A stretch of 64,000 nucleotides of DNA. Origin: an uncultured Chloroflexia bacterium. Its GTDB lineage: Bacteria > Chloroflexota > Limnocylindria > QHBO01. Position numbers and translations under genes: made by a program. Below the pieces are notes generated by a model. It saw only the letters and a program-made list of their open reading frames with translations, searched no databases and was not told the DNA's origin. The DNA lies in assembly GCA_963843015.1 (NCBI GenBank), contig CAWJIR010000012.1:133422-197421 (forward strand). The letters run 5' to 3'. This document shows positions 9,748 through 19,180 of the stretch, one piece after another. The first letter of the stretch is position 1. Each line of letters starts with the position of its first letter.

Positions 9748-11293
9748 TCAGGCGGCCTCCCCGCGCCCGGCCATGAGCATGCCCAGGTGCTCGACGTCCG
9801 CGTCGGCTGCGGTCATCTGGCCCACGATCGCGCCCCTCGTAGAGGACCACCAGCCGATCCGCGAGCGCCAGCAGCTCGTCGAGGTCCTCCGACACGAGCA
9901 GCACCGCTGCGCCGCGCTGGCGGGCGGCCAGGAGCTGCGAACGGACGTACTCGGTGGCCCCCACGTCCAGGCCGCGCGTCGGCTGCGAGACCACGAGCAG
10001 GCGCGGGTCGCGCGACAGGACGCGGGCCAGGAGGACCTTCTGGATGTTGCCGCCCGACAGGGTCACCACCGGGTCGTCGGGCCGGGCCCGGATGTCGAAG
10101 CGCTCGATCAGCGCTTCGGCGTGGGCGAGCACCGCCGCCTCGTCGATCCGCCCCGCGCGGCGGAACTCGTCGAGCCGCTCGAGGACGAGGTTGTAGGCCA
10201 CCGACAGGTCGCCGACCAGGCTGGCGTGACGGTCCTCGGGGATCCGCCCCACGCCGGCGGCCATGACGGCCGTGGGGTCGGCTTCCGTGACCTCGGTGTC
10301 GCCGACGGTGATCGACCCGCCGGTCGGGCGCCGCATCCCGGAGAGGACCTCCACCAGTTCGGTCTGGCCATTGCCCGACACCCCGGCCACGCCCACGATC
10401 TCGCCCGCGGCGACGTCCAGCGAGACATCGGTCAGCGCCGGCAGCCCCTGGGTGCCGGTGGCGTGGAGGTCGCGGATGCGGAGAATCGGCTCTTGGGCAG
10501 CCCGGCCGGCATCGGCTGGTCGTTCGACGCCGAAGCTCGGGCGGCCGACCATCATCCGCGCCAGCTCCCGCTCATCGGTCTGGCCGTCCACCGTCCCCAC
10601 CAGCGCACCGCGACGCAGCACGGTGATCCGGTGGCTGATGGCCCGCACCTCGGCCAGCTTGTGGCTGATGAACACGACCGCCATGCCCTCGCCGACGAGC
10701 AGGCGCAGGGTGGCGAACAGGGCCTGGACCTCGTCGGGGACGAGGACCGCGGTGGGCTCGTCGAGGATCAGGATGCGGCACTCGCGGGAGAGGGCCTTGA
10801 GGATCTCGACCCGCTGCTGCTCCCCGACCGACAGGTCCGCGACCCGGGCCGCGGGGTCGACCCGGATGCCGAAGCGGGTGGACGCCTCTTCGGCCTGGCG
10901 CCGGGCCGCGTTGAGGTCGAGCCGCAGCGTGCTGGCCCGGCCGAGGACCAGGTTCTCGGCCACGGTCATGGGCCGCACCAGGGCGAAGTGCTGGGTCACC
11001 ATGCCCACGCCCGCCTCGATCGCGTCGCGGGGCGAGCGGATGGCCCGGACCTCGTCCCCCACCAGGATCTGGCCCGAGTCGGGATGGGTCAGCCCGTACG
11101 CGATCCGCATGGCGGTCGTCTTCCCGGCCCCGTTCTCGCCGAGCAGGGCATGGACCTCCCCGGCCCGGACGTCGAAATCGATCCGGTCGTTGGCGAGGAG
11201 GTCGCCGAAGCGCTTGGTGATGCCGCGCAGCGCGAGCGCCGGCGCGCCGGGGGAAACGGGTGGCGCGCCGTCGGGCGCGCCACCAACGCTCAT
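9748..11293 (-). CDS. ABC transporter ATP-binding protein, duplicated ATPase (one frameshift near the 3' end)
   Basis: Two Walker A sites (GENGAGKTT, GVSGNGQTE) and two signature motifs (LSVGEQQR, LSGGNIQK). After ...VVLYEG the true C-terminus IVGQMTAADADVEHLGMLMAGRGEAA* is in the next frame (stop 9748-9750). The 893-aa ORF 8612..11293 is an off-frame read-through over the permease. Confidence 0.85.
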
Positions 11294-11314
11294 CTTCGAA
11301 CCGCTAGCGGACCG

Positions 11315-12372
11315 TTAGCTGGGCGGCACCACCGAGCCCGGCGGCGTGGCCTCGTTGATGTCGACTCGGAAGGTCCCGGCCTTGATCTGGCCCTCCCGCT
11401 CCGTGACCTGGGCGGCCAGGTTATCCGGCACCCCGCCGGGGATATCGGTGTTGATCGGTGCCAATGCGGCGCCACCCTTGGCCACCATCGAGAAGTCCTT
11501 GAGGTCCTGGGCGGTGTACGAGCCGGCCAGCACCTGGTCGATGACGTACGCCACGGTGGGCGTCATGTTCCAGGTGACGCTGGTCACCACGTTCCCCGGC
11601 GCCAGCTCTTGCTGGTCACTCATGTTGCCCACGGCGACCAGGTCGTTTTCCTGCGCCGCCTCGATGACCCCGAAGCGCTCCGCGAACAGAACGTCGGCGT
11701 CGGCACCAACCTGCGCCAGGGCCGCTTCCTTGGCCGCGGCCGGATCGAACCAGCTGTTGAGGAACGTGACCTTGACCTCGACATCCGGGTTCGTCTCCTG
11801 GGCGCCAGCGATGAAGGCGTTGACGATGCGGTTCACCTCCGGCACGGGATAGCCGCCCACGACGCCCACGACGTTGGTCTGGGTCACGCCGCCGGCGATC
11901 ATGCCGGCCAGGTAGGCGGGCTCATGGATCCAGTTGTCGAAGACGGAGAAGTTCGGTTCGGCCGGCCCGCCGCCAGAGCCGAACACGAAGGCGATTTCGG
12001 GGTAGTCGGCCGCCACCGCGCGGACGGCATCCTCGTTGCCGAAGGCGTCGCCGAAGATGATGTCCGGCGCGTCCTGCTCCGCCGTCTCGCGGAGGACCCG
12101 CTCCATGTCACCGGCGTAGCCGATGTCATCGGCGAAGGTGTACTCGATGCGGCCGTCATCGGCCTCCGCCTGCAGGGCGGCGTGGATCACCCCGTCCCAT
12201 GGCTCCTCGATCTGGGTGGCGTATGCGCCGAAGACCTTGGGTGTTCCCGAGCTCTCGTCTTGTGAGCCGGAGAGCCGGTGCAGGCGCCGAGCACGAGCAG
12301 CGCGCTGAAGGCGATGGCCAGCGGGCGCCATGCAGCTCCGCGGCGATTGACAACTGGAATGCGTGCGTCCAT
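11315..12372 (-). CDS. BMP-family ABC substrate-binding lipoprotein (frameshift near 12270)
   Basis: ORF 11315..12331 reads YATQIEEPWDGVIHAAL...VGGYPVPEVNRIVNAFIAGA...FLNSWFDPAAAKEAA. The lipoprotein signal MDARIPVVNRRGAAWRPLAIAFSALLVLGAC is in ORF 12187..12372. Confidence 0.8.
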
Positions 12373-12494
12373 CGACAGGAACCTCCTCCGAGCGACCCCC
12401 GGGGCACGAGGATCAGGCGGTCTAGCCTATGCCTCTCGCGTCGGCTCCGCACGCCTTGTTCGCGCGTCTGGCCGCGGCCGCGGCGACCCTCGAG

Positions 12495-13682
12495 TTAGAG
12501 CCAGCCGCGGCGGCGGAAAACGACGAACAGCAGGACACTGACGCCGAGCATGAGCCCCACCGACAGGGCGAAGCCCCACGGCTCGCCCAGGCCGGGCATG
12601 TTGGAGAAGTTCATGCCGTAGACGGTCCCGATCAGGGTCGGCGCGAACAGGATGGCGGCCCAGGCGGAGATGCGCTTGACCTGCTCGTTCTGGTCGTAGG
12701 TCGACTCCGACAGGGCCTTGATCTCCTCGTTCTGGGCCTGGTTCACGAGGGTGGCGTTGACGGTCAGGATGTCGGACAGCATCTGGCGGAAGCCGTCCAC
12801 CCGCTCGGCCACGATGGTCCCGTGGTCGGCCACGTCGCGCAGGTAGCGGCGCAGCTCCTCATCGGTCCCGTACTTGTCGAACCCGGCCTGGAGTCCGTTG
12901 AGCATGGCCAGCAGCGGCCGGACCGAGCGCTGGAAGTCGATCACCTCGCGCGACAGCTCGTAGATCCGCCGGCTGACGGCCGGGTCGCCGCGGAAGACCT
13001 CGGTCTCGATCTCGTCGATGTCCTTCTGCAGCCCGGCCACCACCGGCGCGTAGCCGTCGACCACGCTGTCCACGATGGCGTACAGGACCGCCTCCGTGCC
13101 CCGGGTCAGGAGCTCGGGGTCGGCCTCCATCCGGCGCCGGACGGCGCCGAGGTCCGGGGTCTGGCTGTGGCGGACGGTGACGACGAAGCTGGGACCCACG
13201 AAGACGTGGATCTCCCCGAACTCCACCTCCTCCACCTCGTCGAGGTAGGTGGCCGCGCGGAGGACCACGAACAGGGTCTCGTCGTAGCGCTCGAGCTTGG
13301 GCCGCTGGTGGGCGACGATGGCATCCTCCACCGCCACCTCGTGCAGGCCGAACTCCTCGGCCACGCCCAGCAGCTGGCTCTCGTCAGGCCGATACAGACC
13401 GATCCACGCCATGGCCCCCGGCTGCTCCCGCAGCCGCCTGGCGGCCTCCCCCACCGTCTGCGGGCTCTCGATCCGCTTGCCGTCCCGATACAGCGCGGCG
13501 TCGACCACGCTCTGCTCCACCGGGGCGTGCTCCGCCGGCGTGAGATCGGCTTCCATCGTCTGTTCCGGCGCGGGCTGCTCGGCCTCGGCCATGCCCCGCC
13601 GCCGTGCCGGGCGGGGAAGCTGGATGCGCGGTCGCCGCTCGGTCTTGGCCTCGATCTGCCGATCGGTCGGCTGGTCCGTCAT
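12495..13682 (-). CDS. corA: CorA magnesium/cobalt transporter
   Basis: ATG at 13682 (MTDQPTD...). It has the YGMNF (GMN) motif, two C-terminal TM helices and an acidic cytoplasmic domain. It is intact; the upstream part of ORF 12495..14123 is off-frame over the cupin gene. Confidence 0.9.
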   Translation of the reverse strand: MTDQPTDRQIEAKTERRPRIQLPRPARRRGMAEAEQPAPEQTMEADLTPAEHAPVEQSVVDAALYRDGKRIESPQTVGEAARRLREQPGAMAWIGLYRPDESQLLGVAEEFGLHEVAVEDAIVAHQRPKLERYDETLFVVLRAATYLDEVEEVEFGEIHVFVGPSFVVTVRHSQTPDLGAVRRRMEADPELLTRGTEAVLYAIVDSVVDGYAPVVAGLQKDIDEIETEVFRGDPAVSRRIYELSREVIDFQRSVRPLLAMLNGLQAGFDKYGTDEELRRYLRDVADHGTIVAERVDGFRQMLSDILTVNATLVNQAQNEEIKALSESTYDQNEQVKRISAWAAILFAPTLIGTVYGMNFSNMPGLGEPWGFALSVGLMLGVSVLLFVVFRRRGWL

Positions 13683-13686
13683 CGGT

Positions 13687-14181
13687 CTACACGTCCAGTC
13701 CATGCTCCGCCGCGAGGCGGGGAATGCTGGCGGGGTCGGTCTCGAGTCCGTAGCGCCCGCGGACCTCGGCGAGGACTTCGGGAGGCGGGCGACCGGGCTT
13801 GAACAGCTCGACCATCTCCTCGAAGTACTTCTCGAACCCTGCCGGCGAGATGATCTCGAGGACCCGGGCATCGGTGTCGCCGGCATTCCAGAAGGTATGC
13901 CACTGGTCGCGTGGCTTGAAGATGAGATCCCCCGCCTCGCCGAACATGATCTCGTCGCCGAGCAGCGCTCCCACCCGCCCCTCGAGGATGAAGCTGTATT
14001 CGTCCTCGCGGCTGTGCCGATGCAACGGAGCCGCCAGGGAGCGCGGCGGCATCGGGTGCTCGACCAGCGCGAAGCCGCCGCCGGACTCATCCCCACCGAT
14101 GAGGAATCGCACCCCCATGCCACCGAGCCGGCCAGCTCGTCCGTCGTCGGGTTTCAGGACCTTGGCGGGTTGGGTATCCAC
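13687..14181 (-). CDS. Cupin-domain protein
   Basis: GTG at 14181 is preceded by GGAGG. APLHRHSREDEYSFILEGRVGALLGDE...GDLIFKPRDQWHTFWN gives cupin motifs 1 and 2. Confidence 0.75.
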   Translation of the reverse strand: MDTQPAKVLKPDDGRAGRLGGMGVRFLIGGDESGGGFALVEHPMPPRSLAAPLHRHSREDEYSFILEGRVGALLGDEIMFGEAGDLIFKPRDQWHTFWNAGDTDARVLEIISPAGFEKYFEEMVELFKPGRPPPEVLAEVRGRYGLETDPASIPRLAAEHGLDV

Positions 14182-14221
14182 TCGATCCTCCAATCGGCGT
14201 TCGGTGCCGACGATACGCCCG

Positions 14222-14928
14222 TCAGGGAGCGGGGATCGCCTCGATGTGGTCCGCAAAGATGATCTGGCCCGGGCCACAAACGCCCGTGCCGCGCACGCTC
14301 GCCACCTGACCTGCGAACGTATCCGGATCACCTCGCGGCCCGAAAGCGCGCAGGCCCGTGCCCTCGGCCATACCAGGATCAGGTCGACGCGGACTACCTC
14401 GTCGTCAGTCACTCCGGCCGCGCAATCGGCCTGTCCGTGGAGGCGGCCTGGATATCCACGTCAGATTCGGGCCGACAGGAATCGGCCACCGAAGTTCCCG
14501 CCACTGTCGATGACCTCGAGGGAAACGGCTTCCTGCCCACCGACCTCGGCGAATGTGATCCGCCACTCAGGAGCCCGGACGCTCGTCCCCCCCACGGCAG
14601 ATCGGCCCATGAGCCGCGCAACGTGAAGTCGGATTGGAGAGTGGCCGAAGAACGAATTCGTCCAGGCCGACGTCCCTCGCCGCCGGGCGAGCCAGTGTCG
14701 GCGCTCATACCCATGAACCAGACGCACGAGCCGCGACTGCGCGCAGGTAGTACGTCCCGCTATCGGGATCGCCAGAGACCGGTGCCGCGTCGACGTGCCG
14801 TCACCGTCGGGCACGACCGGCGGAATTGCCTCCGCCGAGGCAGAGCTGTCGAGCGCGCTTTGGCTGGCGCTCGCGCAGCCAGGACGACGGCCATGCAGAG
14901 GACGGCCGCGACGATTCGAGGCGGGCAT
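14222..14928 (-). CDS. Putative secreted protein of unknown function (multiple frameshifts, reconstruction tentative)
   Basis: ATG at 14928 is followed, one frame over, by a signal-peptide-like RIVAAVLCMAVVLAARAPAKA. Protein-like segments are scattered over three frames (…VRAPEWRITFAEVGGQEAVSLEVIDSGGNF…; MAEGTGLRAFGPRGDPDTFAGQVASVRGTGVCGPGQIIFADHIEAIPAP* ending at 14222). No family recognised. Confidence 0.3.
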
Positions 14929-14982
14929 GTCGCAGGAAGTGGCGAGCTCGCGTTAAGCCGATGTCCGATGCCTGTCCTGGCA

Positions 14983-15066
14983 TCTGTCCCCTGTGTCGCA
15001 CCCATTCGTGGTACCGCGGTAACGAGCGTGTTTGAGCGCGTTACCACGAATGCTGGCGAGGAAGAA
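14983..15066. repeat. Conserved palindromic element, copy A (candidate cis-regulatory RNA or operator)
   Basis: Core 15003-15061 is CATTCGTGGTACCGCGGTAACGAGCGTGTTTGAGCGCGTTACCACGAATGCTGGCGAGG. By hand count 45 of 59 positions are identical, ungapped, to 35492-35550. The 16-nt arms are reverse complements with 1 mismatch. It lies in a 215-nt divergent intergenic region. Confidence 0.6.
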
Positions 15067-15142
15067 GGCCCCCCTGGATCCGCCGGCGACCGCCCGGACC
15101 GGCGACAGCCTAGGTGTCGCGAAGGCGTCCCACGATCGGGTC

Positions 15143-15384
15143 ATGACGGTCGACTACCACGAGTTCATCAACCGCGACCTGCCGCCGCGGGAGCGGGGCT
15201 GCACCTCGAAGGCCATGTTCCTGAGCCGCCGCGAGCGCGCTCCATCAGCCGCCAGCCCTGGGCCTCCAGCGGGCTCAAGCCATACCGATGCCGCTGGTGC
15301 GACGGGTGGCATCTCGGCCACCGCCGGCGCCGCGTCTGCACCCGAACATGCTGCTCAGCCCGGGGGGGACGGGCGCTAGAGTAA
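15143..15384 (+). CDS. Small zinc-ribbon-like protein (one frameshift near 15235)
   Basis: MTVDYHEFINRDLPPRERGCTSKAMFLSRRE in one frame continues as ...SISRQPWASSGLKPYRCRWCDGWHLGHRRRR in the next. The C..K..F.S...A......Y.C..C..WHL pattern recurs in small actinobacterial proteins I cannot name. Confidence 0.45.
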
Positions 15385-15388
15385 GTGC

Positions 15389-16589
15389 GTGGCGGACTAC
15401 AGCCGAACCGAAGCAGCCGAGCGGGCCGGGATCAGCGAAGCGGAGCTGACTCGCCTGGTCGAGCTGGGGATCCTCCACCCCGCCGAAGGCGATCGGTTCA
15501 GCAGCGGCGGAGATCCGGAAGGCGGCCCTGATCCACAGCTTGACCGAGGCGGGGCTGCCGCTCGAGGGGCTCGCCGCGATCGTCGCCAGCGGCGTCGCTC
15601 TCGCTCGACTTCATGGACACCCCCTCGTACGAGCGATTCACGCACCTCACCGACGAAACCTTCGCGCAGGCCAGCGAGCGGACCGGGGTGCCGATCGAGT
15701 TGCTGATGCTCGTCCGCGAGGCGGTGGGCGGGGCGATGCCCGAGCCCCGAAGACCGGATCCGCGAGGGCGAGCTGCCGACCATCGACTTCGTCCAGCGCA
15801 GCTGCGCGAAGGCTTCCGGCCGCCGGCCATCGAGCGCCTGCTCCGGGCGGAGGGCGAGAACCTCCGACGCGTCGCCGAGTCGGAGGCCGCATGGTGGCGG
15901 TCGGAAATCATCATGCCCGCTCTCGCGGCCGGGCAAGACGGCCGAGGAGCTGGCGAGCTCCGAGCTGTCGGACCGCATGTCCCCGTTGGCCGAGGCGTCG
16001 GTCCTGTCCATCTACCGCGCCCACCAGGTGCGGGAGTGGACGACGAACATCATCGACGGATTCGAGATCGTCATGGCCCAGGCCGGCATCGCGGGCCGGG
16101 TCGACAAGCCGCCGGCGATGTGCTTCCTCGACATCACCGGCTATACCCGCCTGACCGATGAACGCGGGCGACGAGGCGGCCGCGGCCCTGGCCGACCAGC
16201 TGGGCAAGCTGGTCCAGCGCTCATCGGTCCAGCACGGCGGGAAGGCGGTGAAGTGGCTGGGCGACGGGGTCATGTTCTGGTTCCGCGATCCCGGACCGGG
16301 GGTCGTCTCCGCCCTGGACATGGCCGAAGGGGTGGTGAAGGCCGGGCTGCCGCCCGCCCACGTCGGCCTCCACGCCGGACCCGTCGTCCAGCAGGGCGGC
16401 GACTACTACGGGCAGACGGTGAACATCGCGTCCCGCATCGCGGAGTACGCCCGCCCTGGGGAGGTACTCGTCAGCGAGGCCGTGGTCGAGGCCTGCGAGC
16501 ACGTGTCGGTCGACTTCACCGATCTCGGCGCGGTCGACCTCAAGGGCGTGGGCGGACCCGTCCACCTCCACGCCGCGCGCCGCAGCTGA
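15389..16589 (+). CDS. Class III adenylate/guanylate cyclase with N-terminal MerR-like HTH (at least 6 frameshifts)
   Basis: The N-terminus YSRTEAAERAGISEAELTRLVELGILHPAEGDRFS is a MerR-type HTH. The C-terminal catalytic domain reads PAMCFLDITGYTRLTDERG...KAVKWLGDGVMFWF...VGLHAGPVVQQGGDYYGQTVNIASRIAEYARPGEVLVS. Pieces are in ORFs 15389.., 15540.., 15613.., 15977.. and 16158..16589. Confidence 0.75.
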
Positions 16590-16601
16590 GACCGAGCTGC
16601 C

Positions 16602-17412
16602 GTGACCAGCCGCCCACCGGTGATCCCGTCGGTCGATCCCGAGGTGCAGCGGAAGTGGGAGAAGTACCTGGAGAGCCCGGACACGATGCAAAGCGTGGGT
16701 CGCCGGTTCTTCAGTCGGATTCCCGCGAGCCCACGATGTCAGATGTGCGCCTCCCCGTTCCACGGACCGGGCCGACACGTCATGCGGCTGGTCGGCAAGA
16801 AGCAATCCGCGATCAACCCGAACCTGTGCAACTGCGTGCGAGAAGTACATGCAGAAGTACCGCGGCGGCGCTGAGATCACCGGGACGATGCTGTTCGCGG
16901 ACATCCGGGGGTCGACGACGCTGGCAGAGACCATGACCCCGACGGAGTTCAAAGCGACCCTCGCCCGTTTCTACACCGTGGCGGCCGACGCGGTGTTCGC
17001 CAATGGCGGAATCGTGGACAAGTTCGTCGGCGATGAGCTGGTGGCCGCGTTTCCGCCATTCCTCGGGGCTGACACCTCATCCCGCGCCGTGAAGACCGCC
17101 GAGGACCTGCTTCGAGCGACCGGGCATGCCGATCCCGAGGGACCGTGGGTCCCGGTGGGGGCGGGGGTGAACACGGGACGGGTGTGGTTCGGGGCGATCG
17201 GCGAAGGGCAGCACGTCGAGGTCACGTTCGTCGGCGACGGCGTCAACGTGGCGGCCCGATTGGCGGGGGCGGCCGGCCCGGGTGAGATCCTCGTGACCAC
17301 CGCCGCGGCCGAGGCGGCCGGCCTTGACCCGGCACTCGAGCGCCGGAGCCTGGAGCTCAAGGGCAAGCAGGAAGCGACCGAAGTCGTCAGCCTCCGCATC
17401 GGTCCGCCCTAG
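16602..17412 (+). CDS. Class III adenylate/guanylate cyclase with N-terminal CxxC...CxxC zinc ribbon (one frameshift near 16845)
   Basis: PRCQMCASPFHGPG...NPNLCNC (ORF 16602..16874) is followed by GTMLFADIRGSTTLAE...DKFVGDELVAAF...VGAGVNTGRVWFGAIG...FVGDGVNVAARLAGAAGPGEILVT (ORF 16849..17412). Confidence 0.8.
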
Positions 17413-17446
17413 CCTGCTCATTGGCGGACCTCTTGGTGGACTATCG

Positions 17447-18193
17447 GTGAGGCTGTTCGGACCGCCGAGTGTCAGGAAGCTCGAGGCCGAGCGCGACGTC
17501 TCGGGTCTGATCGAGGCGCTCCAGTCCGAGAAGACCGAGCGCCGACTCGAGGCGAGCGAAGCGCTGGGCCGGCTGGGCGATCCGTCGGCGGGGCCCGCCC
17601 TCGTCGAAGCCCTGCAGGATCCAGCGGTCCGGGACACGGCGGCGGCCTCGCTGCTGGTGATGGCACCGGAGGTCATGGACGTCCTGGTCATGACCCTTCG
17701 CCAGGCGAATCCGCTCACCCGAGAGGCCGCCGCGGACCCTGCGGTCCGAACAGTCATCGCACAGATCCTTGGCTACGCGGGTGATGAGCGGGCGGTCGAG
17801 CCGCTCATCGGTGCGCTGGACGATGTCGACGACGTCGGGCGCGCCGCCATCCAGGCCCTGGTCAACCTGAAGGATCCGCGGGCCGTCACGCCGCTGGGCG
17901 ACCGGACCGTGCGGTACGGGGTCGAGGCCATTCAGGCCCTGGGCGACATCGGCGACCAGGGCGGGTTGGCGGCCGTCGTCGAATGGGTCATGCCTCAGAG
18001 CCATGTCCGAACCTCGGCCGATGACGCGGCAGTCGCCATCCGGGCCCTGGGCAAGATCGGTCCGCCGGAGATGGTCGTCCCGTTCATCCGCCGCATCCGG
18101 AACCACTTTCCGGGCGCCGGGACGCCGAACGGCGACATCATCCAGGCAGCTGTCCTCGATGCCGAAGCGTCCCTGGGCGAATCGGTTACGTGA
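17447..18193 (+). CDS. HEAT-repeat (PBS-lyase-type) protein
   Basis: GTG at 17447. It has repeated units of the form A..ALG.LGD..A...L..AL.D (EALGRLGDPSAGPALVEALQD; ILGYAGDERAVEPLIGALDD; ALVNLKDPRAVTPL; ALGDIGDQGG). Intact. Confidence 0.7.
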   Translation: MRLFGPPSVRKLEAERDVSGLIEALQSEKTERRLEASEALGRLGDPSAGPALVEALQDPAVRDTAAASLLVMAPEVMDVLVMTLRQANPLTREAAADPAVRTVIAQILGYAGDERAVEPLIGALDDVDDVGRAAIQALVNLKDPRAVTPLGDRTVRYGVEAIQALGDIGDQGGLAAVVEWVMPQSHVRTSADDAAVAIRALGKIGPPEMVVPFIRRIRNHFPGAGTPNGDIIQAAVLDAEASLGESVT

Positions 18194-18206
18194 GAATCGG
18201 TCAGAC

Positions 18207-19070
18207 ATGGAGTCCGAGTTCGTCGAGGCCAACGGGATCCGCTTCCATTGCCTGACCGATGGCAGCGGTCCGCTGGTGCTCCTGCTCCACGGCTTCCCGC
18301 AGTTCTCGTACGAGTACCGGCACCTCGTCCCGGCCCTGGCGAAGGCGGGATACCGGGCGGTCGCGCCGGACCTCCGCGGCTACGGCGACACGAGCCGGCC
18401 GGGGCGGATCGAGGACTACCAGCTCCGGATCCTTGGGGATGACATCGCCGCCCTGGTCGAGGCGCTCGGCGAGCGGAAGGCCCACGTCCTGGGCCACGAC
18501 TGGGGCGGGATCGTGGCCTCGGAGGCGGCGGTGTCGCACCCGGACCGGGTGGATCGGCTCATCCTGGTGAACGGTCCACCAGCGCGGGTGATCGGGCGAG
18601 GGGTCAACCACGACTGGGGGCAGCGCCTGCGCAGCCTGTACGTCGCGATCTTCCGGATCCCGCGCCTGCCGGAGTGGTGGATCACCTGGGGCCACGGTCG
18701 TGCGATGAAGTACCTGCTGAGTGACGGCAACTTCACGAAGGAGGAGGTGGACGTCTACCGCGACGCCATCTGCCGCCCGGGTGCCGCGTGGGCCGGGTTC
18801 GCCTACTACCGCTCCATCACCCGCACCATTCGCGACGACGGCCGACGGCTGCGCGGCAAGACGATCTCCGCCCCCACCCTGGTCCTGTGGGGCGAGCGCG
18901 ATCGGGCGCTCGGCCGGAAGCTCGCCCAGTACATGGACAAGGAATTCAGCGGACCGATCCGAAAGGTGTTCTTCCCCGACGTCGCCCACTGGCTCATCGA
19001 GGACCGCCCCGAGGAGGTCGCCCGCCTGGTGATCGACTTCCTGGACGAGGGCCGTCAGCCCGCCGCCTAG
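18207..19070 (+). CDS. Alpha/beta hydrolase (epoxide-hydrolase/haloalkane-dehalogenase-like)
   Basis: Intact. LVLLLHGFPQFSYEYRHLVPALAKAGYRAVAPDLRGYGDT, nucleophile elbow GHDWGG, C-terminal HW. Confidence 0.85.
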   Translation: MESEFVEANGIRFHCLTDGSGPLVLLLHGFPQFSYEYRHLVPALAKAGYRAVAPDLRGYGDTSRPGRIEDYQLRILGDDIAALVEALGERKAHVLGHDWGGIVASEAAVSHPDRVDRLILVNGPPARVIGRGVNHDWGQRLRSLYVAIFRIPRLPEWWITWGHGRAMKYLLSDGNFTKEEVDVYRDAICRPGAAWAGFAYYRSITRTIRDDGRRLRGKTISAPTLVLWGERDRALGRKLAQYMDKEFSGPIRKVFFPDVAHWLIEDRPEEVARLVIDFLDEGRQPAA

Positions 19071-19100
19071 GGCTCCCGTGCGGCTCCTGTGTGCTGCTCA

Positions 19101-19135
19101 CATGCTTTCGTGATAGGCGCTTATCACGAAGCAAT
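19101..19135. repeat. Strong hairpin between convergent genes, related to the palindromic element arms
   Basis: TTCGTGATA (19107-19115) and TATCACGAA (19122-19130) are perfect 9-bp arms with a 6-nt loop, extendable with bulges to about 14 bp. The arms differ from TTCGTGGTA/TACCACGAA of copies A and B by a G>A change and the complementary C>T change. Confidence 0.5.
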
Positions 19136-19180
19136 GTGACACGAGCACCGGCACGGGAACGAGCTCCCCGAGCCATCGAT

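Noticed and set aside
15389-17412. The tandem cyclases as a Pycsar/CBASS-like antiphage signalling module.
   Set aside because: No adjacent effector with a cyclic-nucleotide-binding, TIR, or pore-forming TM domain is present. The neighbours are a HEAT-repeat protein and a hydrolase of an ordinary family.
19107-19130. Hairpin C, or the TGTGACA just downstream, as a CRP/GlxR cAMP-receptor site (tempting given three cyclases).
   Set aside because: The GTGA...TCAC half-sites are 10 nt apart rather than the 6 nt of TGTGA-N6-TCACA, and the single TGTGACA has no partner half-site.
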